Source of the DNA: an uncultured Candidatus Rokubacteria bacterium
GTDB taxonomy: Bacteria; Methylomirabilota; Methylomirabilia; Rokubacteriales; CSP1-6
Direction of reading: 5' to 3'
Length of the DNA: 11,030 nucleotides
Assembly: GCA_963762145.1 (NCBI GenBank)
Contig: CAVXJS010000020.1
Coordinates: 1 to 11,030, forward strand
In this document: in pieces, positions 1-6,511 of the stretch
Numbering within the stretch: position 1 is the first letter of the stretch
How the letters are laid out: each line of letters starts with the position of its first letter
Notes under the pieces: model-generated
What the model saw: the letters and a program-made list of their open reading frames with translations, nothing else
What the model was told of the DNA's origin: nothing
Database searches by the model: none
Made by a program: the position numbers and the translations under genes

Positions 1-27
1 TTCGCCGAGGTCAAGGCCGAGGGCTGA
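1..27 (+). CDS. 3' end of an unknown CDS entering from the left (...FAEVKAEG*)
   Basis: ttc gcc gag gtc aag gcc gag ggc tga: every sense codon ends in G/C, as in the genuine genes here, and the stop precedes a regulatory-looking intergenic region. Too short to assign a product. Confidence 0.55.
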   Translation, partial: FAEVKAEG

Positions 28-70
28 GCGTCTCGCCGCGGCGTGCCCTGCGTCAGCCCGGGGACGGTCT

Positions 71-101
71 TGTCCGTTTGGACATGCGGAAAGGATTTCC
101 G
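71..101. promoter_or_regulatory. Two adjacent inverted repeats, candidate activator (bEBP) binding sites
   Basis: TGTCC-gttt-GGACA (71-84) and CGGAAA-gga-TTTCCG (87-101), about 75-105 bp upstream of the predicted sigma54 start site near 176. Confidence 0.4.
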
Positions 102-149
102 ATTAGCCACAAGTAGCTGAGATCAGCGACCCCATCGCCGCCGGACCCG

Positions 150-165
150 TGGCACCCCGGATGCA
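150..165 (+). promoter_or_regulatory. sigma54 (RpoN) -24/-12 promoter of the hybrid kinase-like gene
   Basis: TGGCACcccggATGCA: GG at 151-152, exactly 10 nt, GC at 163-164; consensus is TGGCAC-N5-TTGCW. Directly upstream of ATG 178. Confidence 0.7.
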
Positions 166-177
166 CACTCGGGATGC

Positions 178-1647
178 ATGAGCGCTCGCGCCGACATTCT
201 CGTCATCGATGACGACCCGGTGATCCGGGACACCGTGGGAGATGTCCTGGGGAGCACGGTCACCACGTCGATCGGGTGGATCGCGGCCGGGCCGCGCTTG
301 GAGTGGATCATCCGCCAGCACCCGGTGGACCTGGCCATCGTGGACTGTCGCCTGCCGGACATCTCCGGGCTCGAGCTCCTGCGTCGCATCAAGGCGCGCT
401 CCCCGGAGACGGAGGTCATCCTATTACCGGGCACGCCTCGCTCGACGGGGCGCTGGAGGCCATGGCGGGCGACGCCTCCTCCTATCTCGTGAAGCCGGTG
501 GGGACGGCGCAGCTCCTCTCCACCGTGGATCGCGCGCTCACCCGTCAGGCCCTGCTGCGCGCCCTCCGCGGCTCCGAGGAGCGCTATCGCCTGGTCGCGG
601 AGGCCATGACCGAGGCGCTGCTCCTGGTCGACCTGGACGGTGGCCTCTATGCTGAACGCGTTCGGGGAGCAGCTCACCGGATATCGCACCGACGAGCTCC
701 TCGGGCGCTCCGTCTTCTCGGTGCTGGACGAGGCGGGCGCGGCGCGGGCGCGGGAGCGGCTGGACGGGCACGCGGTGACGCTGACGCCCGAGTTCGAGTC
801 CGTGATCGTGCGCAAGGACGGCCGGGCCGTGCCGGTGGAGATGGTCTGCACCAGCATCGCCCGCGATGGACGGGTGGTGGGCCACCTGGTGGTGGCGCGC
901 GACATCACCGAGCGGAAGCAGGCGCAGGCGGCTCTGAAGGCACCCGGCACGCGCGGGTGGAGAGCGAGCGGCTGCGCGCGGTCGGCTCCCTCGCCGAGGG
1001 CGTGACCGACTACGTGCGCCAGGTCCTCCAGAAGGTCCTCGGCCAGGTGCAGGTGGTGCTCCCGCAGCTCGAGGGCACCGACGGGCACGCGAAGCTCGCT
1101 GGCATCAAGGCCACCGTCATGGAGGCGGCCGACGTGCTGAAGCGGCTCCAGGTCGCCTCGGAGGTCCGTACGATCTCGGCGGCGCCGCCCCTCGATCTCA
1201 ACGACGTAGCCCGCGCCGCCATCGAGGCGGTGCGCGGGCTGCGGCGCGTCGGCGCGGCGCCACGGATCGAGATCGAGCTCACGTCGAGCCCGCTCCCCCT
1301 GGTCGCGGGCGAGGCGTCGGTGCTGATCGAGGTCGTCACCGCGGTGCTGGTCAACGCGATCGAGGCGCTCCCGCGCGGCGGGACGATCAAGGTCGTGACG
1401 CGGGCCTCGGACCGACACGTCCACTGCGAGGTGCGGGACCCGGGCGTCGGCATGTCGCCCGCGACGCGGGAGCGGGCGCTCGAGCCCTTCTTCACCCACC
1501 AAGGCCGGCGAGCACAAGGGGCTCGGCCTGAGCGTCGCCCACGGCCTCGTGCGGAGACACGGGGGAGACATCCAGCTCGCGAGCGTGGAAGGCGAGGGGA
1601 CGGTGGTCACGCTCCGGCTGCCCGTGCGGGCCGCGGTGGGCGTCTAG
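178..1647 (+). CDS. REC-PAS-HisKA-like-HATPase_c hybrid sensor protein, frameshifted as sequenced; H-box histidine absent
   Basis: Stitched across frames. REC: ILVIDDD...DLAIVDCRLPDISGLELL...ITGHASLD...YLVKP. PAS/PAC: LNAFGEQLTGYRTDELLGRS...RKDGRAVPVE...VARDITERKQ. Dimerisation helix: SERLRAVGSLAEGVTDYV. N box VLVNAIEA, G1 DPGVG, F box EPFFTTK, G2 GLGLS, ending GTVVTLRLPVRAAVGV* (TAG 1645-1647). Frame changes near 250, 298, 422, 648, 941 and 1497. Confidence 0.88.
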
Positions 1648-1654
1648 CGCCGGC

Positions 1655-3236
1655 TCAGGCGGAGCGGACCGCGCCGGCCGGAACGCCCGGGATCTCCACC
1701 CAGAACGTACTGCCCGCCTCTTCCGTGCTCTCCACTCCGATGCGCCCGCCGTGGGCCTCCACGATGCTCCGGGTGATGGCCAGGCCGAGGCCGGTCCCCG
1801 AGATGCCCGCGGTGGCCCTGTTCGCCACGCGGTAGAACTTGTCGAAGACGTGCGGCAGGTCGCGCGCGGGGATGCCGATCCCGTTGTCGGTGACCCGGAT
1901 CCGCACCGGACTCTCGGCGTCCTCCGGCGCCTCGACCGCGACCCGCACCCGCCCGCCGTCGCGGGTGTACTTGACCGCGTTGCCGATCAGGTTCATCAGC
2001 ACCTGCTGCAGGCGGCGGGCGCACCCCGGACCACCGCGACGGGCGCCGCCTCGATCGCGACGACGATCCGCTTGGCCTCCGCCTGCGCGGCGAGGGCCGT
2101 CACCACCTCGGCGGTCAGGGCACGAGATCGAGCGGCTCGCCCGCGCCTTCGAGGCCGGCCTCGATCTTGCCCAGGTCCAGGAGGTCGGTCACGAGATCGG
2201 TCATGTTCTGCGCGCTGCGCAGGATGCGCTCGCACCGATCGCGGTAGGCCTGCTCGCCGCCCGGCGTGGGGGGCGCCTTGAGCAGGAGCTCCGCGGTCAT
2301 GGCGATCGCCATGATCGGGCTCTTCAGATCGTGCGACACCGTGCTGACGAAATCGCTCTTCATCTGCTCGAGCTCTTTCAGCAGCGAGATGTCCCGGAGG
2401 ATCGCGGCCAGGCCGACCGCCTCGCCGTACTCGGTGGTCACGACGACGAGACTGGCCTGGGCGGTGCGCCCGTCGGGCAGGGGGAGCTCCGCGATGCCCG
2501 GCCGTCCGGCCTCGAGCAGCCGCCGCAGCGGCTCGTGGGTGATCGCCTCGAGGAACGGGCGGCCGGTCATGGCATCCGGCGCCACGCCCAGCATCGCGCG
2601 CACCGCGGGGTTGGCGAGGAGCACGATGCCGTCCTGACCGACCATGACCACCGCATCGGCGGTGCTGGTCAGCACCGCGGCCAGCGTGCCCCGGTCGTCG
2701 GCCAGGGCCTGATAGGCCCGACAGGTCTCGAGTCCCCCCGAGAGCCCCGCCGCCACGAGCGTGCCGATCTCGAGGTCGTCGAAGGTGTAGGGCATGGCGC
2801 GGCGGGCGAAGAGGATCGCGCCCAGGACCTGGGGGCCGCGGCGCACCGGCACGGTGAGCGCGACCCGGAGGCCCGCGCGGACCAGCACGCCGTCGAGATC
2901 GGGCGCGGCGTCGGGGATCCTGTCCAGCTCGGCCACCAGGTACGCGCGGCCGGTGCGAATGGTGCGCCCCGGGAGCCCTTCATCCTTGCCAAGGAGGCGG
3001 CCGCCCACTATCTCGCCCGGCAGGCCGGTGAGCGAGTGCACCAGGTACCCCTGCTGCTCGACGTCTTCCAGGCAGACCGCGAGGTAGTCGTGCGGGACCA
3101 CGGCCTGCGCCTGCTCGGCGAGCGTCTGGAAGAGGTGGGTGGGGAGGGGCGAGCCCGAGAGTCCGATCAACATCTCGCCGACCCGTCGAAGGCGGCCGGC
3201 TAGATTCGGAGACGACTCCGGAGTGTCCGGTGCCAT
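1655..3236 (-). CDS. Cytoplasmic GAF-PAS sensor histidine kinase (PhoR/WalK-like transmitter), two frameshifts as sequenced
   Basis: GAF: EGLPGRTIRTGR...ALTVPVRRGPQVLGAI...YTFDDLE. PAS: DAVVMVGQDGIVLLANPA...LRDIS. H box FVSTVSHDLKSP, N box NLIGNAVKY, G1 DNGIG, F box FDKFYR, G2 GTGLGL. ORFs 3236-2115, part of 2235-1996 and 2002-1655 join if one C is restored near 2118 and one near 2014. No transmembrane segment evident. Confidence 0.92.
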
Positions 3237-3243
3237 GCCGCCC

Positions 3244-4536
3244 TCAGCGGCCCTCCATGATCTCCCGCATCCGCTTGAAGGTCAGGATCCGCCGCCGGTT
3301 CGCCTCCGGCATGTTCTCGAGGTCCACCGGCTGCGTCACCGTGAGGCCGTAGGCCTGGTAGGTGGGGATGTCGCGCTCGGCCAGCCCCGCGGTCGCGCGC
3401 TTGCGCTCGAAGGCCGCCGCCACGTACGGGGCCAGCTCCTCCGCCTTGCGGGTGGCGCGCGCGGCTTCCCGCTCCTTGAACTCCGGCATCACCGAGGCCG
3501 CGAACAGCTCGAGCGACTCGCAGATGTGCTCGTGACGATTCTTGCCCCCCTGCTGGATGAAGATGGTCTGGTCCACCCCGTAGTCCTCGAAGGCCCGCAG
3601 CGCGTCGCGCAGCTCCTCGGGGGTACCGATGCAGCCGGTGCCGCCGCCGAGGATCGCGAGGTCTAGCTCGGCGCGGACCGCCTCGTACTTGGCCCAGATG
3701 TCGGTGCGGCCCGGCCGGTGCGTGCCGAACACGTAGTGGTGACCCAGGGCGAACTGGAAGAAGCGGAAGCCGTCGGTGCCGCGCCGTCGCGCCTCATCGC
3801 CATCCCGATGGCACGAGAAACCGGTAACCATTGCGATGTTGGGATTCACCGCGTGCCCGATCGGCACGCACTCGCGCTTGAACGTCTCGTAGTAATCGTC
3901 GACCCAGTGCTTGGCCTCGGCCGGGTCGATGAAGGCGAAGGTCAGCGCGCCCATGCCGAGCTGGGCGGCGAGGTGGATCGTCTCCCGGTTCGAGCACGCC
4001 ACCCAGAGCGGCGGGTGCGGCTTCTGGACCGGCTTGGGCACCACGTTGCGCACCGGCATCGAGAAGTACTTGCCCTGATGGCCGGGGTAGGGATTCAGCG
4101 CGAGCATGTTCGCCACCTGCTCGGTGGTCTCGCGCCACATCGCGCGGCGCTCGGCGGGGGTGACCCCGAACCCCTCCAGCTCCGCGCGGGAGGCCGACTC
4201 GCCGGTGCCCCACTCCACCCGGCCGTTGGACACGAGGTCGAGGGTGGCGAGCCGCTCCGCGACGCGCGCGGGGTGGTTGTAGCCCGGGGGCATCAGGACG
4301 ATGCCGTGTCCAAGGCGGATCCGCTGCGTGCGCTGGGACGCGGCGGCCAGGAACACCTCGGGAGCGGAGGAGTGCGAGTACTCCTCGAGGAAGTGGTGCT
4401 CGACCTCCCAGGCGTAGTCGATGCCGAGCCGGTCGGCCAACTCGACCTGCGCGAGCGCGTCCTGGAACAGGCGCAGCTCGCTGCCGTCGTCCCAGGGGCG
4501 CGGTAGCTGGTGCTCGTAGAAGACGCCGAATCGCAT
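3244..4536 (-). CDS. LLM-class (luciferase-like) flavin-dependent oxidoreductase
   Basis: MRFGVFYE...ADRLGIDYAWEVEHHF...RIRLGHGI...AERLATLDLVSNGRVEWGTG...PKPVQKPHPPLWVA; SD AAAGGAG at 4542-4548. Confidence 0.95.
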   Translation of the reverse strand: MRFGVFYEHQLPRPWDDGSELRLFQDALAQVELADRLGIDYAWEVEHHFLEEYSHSSAPEVFLAAASQRTQRIRLGHGIVLMPPGYNHPARVAERLATLDLVSNGRVEWGTGESASRAELEGFGVTPAERRAMWRETTEQVANMLALNPYPGHQGKYFSMPVRNVVPKPVQKPHPPLWVACSNRETIHLAAQLGMGALTFAFIDPAEAKHWVDDYYETFKRECVPIGHAVNPNIAMVTGFSCHRDGDEARRRGTDGFRFFQFALGHHYVFGTHRPGRTDIWAKYEAVRAELDLAILGGGTGCIGTPEELRDALRAFEDYGVDQTIFIQQGGKNRHEHICESLELFAASVMPEFKEREAARATRKAEELAPYVAAAFERKRATAGLAERDIPTYQAYGLTVTQPVDLENMPEANRRRILTFKRMREIMEGR

Positions 4537-4553
4537 GCTCGCTCCTTTCGCGC

Positions 4554-4581
4554 CGATGGCGGCGCCGAGGCGCCGCCATCG
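4554..4581. repeat. Perfect 13-bp inverted repeat just upstream of the LLM ribosome-binding site
   Basis: CGATGGCGGCGCC-ga-GGCGCCGCCATCG; no U-tract on either side. Confidence 0.8.
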
Positions 4582-4617
4582 TAACGCAGGACGCGAGCAG
4601 GCGGGGAAGAACGCGGG

Positions 4618-5556
4618 CTAGGGGGCCTGGCCCATCAGGACGGTCGGGGCCGGCATCGACGACGTATCCACCGTCGTATCGACCGTCTTGATGGTCGTCG
4701 GCAGCGGCGACCAGGTCCGCGCGCTCGGCCGCTGCTCCAGCTCGTTCAGCACGAGCTGGGCGGCCGCCCGCTCGCTGATCCGGGGCGCGGGGACCTGGAC
4801 CATGGTCGGTCGCGCGGCGCTCGGGTACACCGCGGGGGTGCTGACCATGTGTGCCTTCGAGGGCGGGCGCGGGCTGCGCGCGACCCACTGCGGAGGCGGG
4901 ATCGGGCGGGCCAGCATCGTCTCGGCGGCCTTCTTGTCGCCCATGCGGCGCAGCACGCGGGCCACGAACTGCCGGGTTTCCTGGAAGGGCGGGATGCCCC
5001 GATGGCGGATCACGTGCTGCTCGCCCGCGTTGTACGCGGCCAGGGCGAGCGGCAGGTCGCCCTTGAAGGTGTCGAGCATGGCGCGCAGGTGGCTCGCGCC
5101 CGCGTCGATGTTTTCGTCGGGATCGTGCGGATCACGGACGCCCATGATGGACGCGGTGGCTGGCATGAGCTGCATGAGGCCCCGGGCGCCCTTGTGGGAA
5201 ACCGCGGCGTGATCGAAGTTGGATTCCACCGAGATCACCGCGGTGATGAGCTCCTCGGACAGGCGGTGACGCTGCGCGGCCGCCTTGATGTGAGCCGGGA
5301 TGGCCGCGAGGTCGTACTGGGGCGCCGCCGGCTCCTCGACCTTGGCCGCCGGCTCCATCAAGAAGGTGGTGTGCTCGATCACATCCGATGCCGACCACGG
5401 CGTGCCCACCGCGACCAGCACGCCGAGCGCGAACGCGGCGCCCAGCGACGGCAGTGGGGAAAGCCACCGCATGCGTTCCCACTCTGGAAACAGGGGAAGC
5501 TGGCGGCGGTCCGCGTTGAAGTATCGGGTCCAGGTTTTGATCAGCATGGTGCCCAT
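4618..5556 (-). CDS. SLT-domain lytic transglycosylase with N-terminal hydrophobic anchor and Pro-rich C-terminal tail
   Basis: Family 1 LT motifs VISVESNF (catalytic Glu), GARGLMQLMP, NIDAG, ALAAYNAG, ETRQFV; hydrophobic segment LGAAFALGVLVAVG. Start moved to ATG 5556 because GGAGG (5565-5569) lies 8 nt upstream. Confidence 0.93.
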   Translation of the reverse strand: MGTMLIKTWTRYFNADRRQLPLFPEWERMRWLSPLPSLGAAFALGVLVAVGTPWSASDVIEHTTFLMEPAAKVEEPAAPQYDLAAIPAHIKAAAQRHRLSEELITAVISVESNFDHAAVSHKGARGLMQLMPATASIMGVRDPHDPDENIDAGASHLRAMLDTFKGDLPLALAAYNAGEQHVIRHRGIPPFQETRQFVARVLRRMGDKKAAETMLARPIPPPQWVARSPRPPSKAHMVSTPAVYPSAARPTMVQVPAPRISERAAAQLVLNELEQRPSARTWSPLPTTIKTVDTTVDTSSMPAPTVLMGQAP

Positions 5557-5585
5557 TGGCAACACCTCCGGATGGCCTGGAGGTA

Positions 5586-5602
5586 TGCGAGGCGGGTGCC
5601 AA
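5586..5602 (-). promoter_or_regulatory. sigma54 -24/-12 promoter of the lytic transglycosylase gene
   Basis: Minus strand TTGGCACccgccTCGCA (GG-N10-GC); predicted +1 near 5575, just before the SD at 5569. Confidence 0.7.
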
Positions 5603-5675
5603 GCGGGAGGGGCCCAGAAGATAGTGTTTCCGGCTACTTGACGAGCGTCGGAGGGGTGTCACGGCGCTCCGGGGC

Positions 5676-5711
5676 CACTGTCAGGCGACCCCAGTCACGC
5701 CGCTGACAGTG
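5676..5711. promoter_or_regulatory. 9-bp inverted repeat: candidate enhancer for the SLT promoter and/or hairpin after the SDR stop
   Basis: CACTGTCAG-N18-CTGACAGTG, abutting the SDR stop at 5712 and about 100-136 bp upstream of the predicted SLT start site. Confidence 0.5.
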
Positions 5712-6506
5712 CTAACTTTTCGTGATCTGCGAGATCCCCGGCAGGCGGCCCAGGAAGTTGCCGGTGATGCCGCCGTCCACCACGAGATCGTGGCCGTTGA
5801 CGTAGCGCGCGTCGGGTCCGAGCAGGAACGCGATGACGTCCGCCATGTCCTCCGGCGTGGCCACGCGCCCGATCGGCACCAGCGCGTCGCGCTCGGCCGC
5901 GATCGTCTGATTCTCGTACACCTTCGCGGTCATGCCGGTGCGCACCATGCCGGGGGAGAGGCTGTTGACGCGCACGCCGTCGCGCCCGAACTCCTGCGCG
6001 AGCACGGAGACGAGCATGATCAGCGCGGCCTTGCTCGGCCCGTAGGGCCCGAGGTTGGCGTGCGCGTTGCTGCCCGACATGGAGGCCACCGCCACGATGG
6101 CGCCGCGTGAGGCGGCGAGCGTGTCGTGGGCTGCCTTGGCGAGGAGCCAGGTGGCGCGCGTGTTCACCGCGAACATCCGGTCCCAGTCCTCGACCGCGTA
6201 GCTCACGAGCGGACCGGGCCGGTTGACGCCCGCGTTGCTCACCACCCCATCGAGCCCGCCGAAGCGCGCGATCGCCTCCTCCACCACGCGTGCGGGCGCG
6301 TCTGCAGTGGCCATGTCGCCCGAGAGCGGCAGCATCGCCGCCCCCAGGTCGACGAGCTCTCGGCCGAGCGCGTCGAGCGCGGGCGAGGGCCCGAGGTCCA
6401 CCGCCGCGATCTGCGCCTTCCGTCCCGCCTTCTGCGCATCCCGCGCCAGCCGGAGGCAGGTGGCCCGCCCGATCCCGCTCGCCGCCCCCGTGACCAGCGC
6501 GCGCAT
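5712..6506 (-). CDS. Classical short-chain dehydrogenase/reductase (SDR), 264 aa
   Basis: TGAASGIG, SNAG, catalytic Ser (VASMS), YGPSK (YxxxK), GVRVNSLSPG, VNGHDLVVDGG. An alternative GTG at 6515 overlaps the upstream gene's TGA. Confidence 0.95.
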   Translation of the reverse strand: MRALVTGAASGIGRATCLRLARDAQKAGRKAQIAAVDLGPSPALDALGRELVDLGAAMLPLSGDMATADAPARVVEEAIARFGGLDGVVSNAGVNRPGPLVSYAVEDWDRMFAVNTRATWLLAKAAHDTLAASRGAIVAVASMSGSNAHANLGPYGPSKAALIMLVSVLAQEFGRDGVRVNSLSPGMVRTGMTAKVYENQTIAAERDALVPIGRVATPEDMADVIAFLLGPDARYVNGHDLVVDGGITGNFLGRLPGISQITKS

Positions 6507-6511
6507 GGCGC

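Noticed and set aside
245-2125. Programmed frameshifting or phase variation in the kinase genes
   Set aside because: Too many shifts in both directions, with no long homopolymer or slippery heptamer at the sites.
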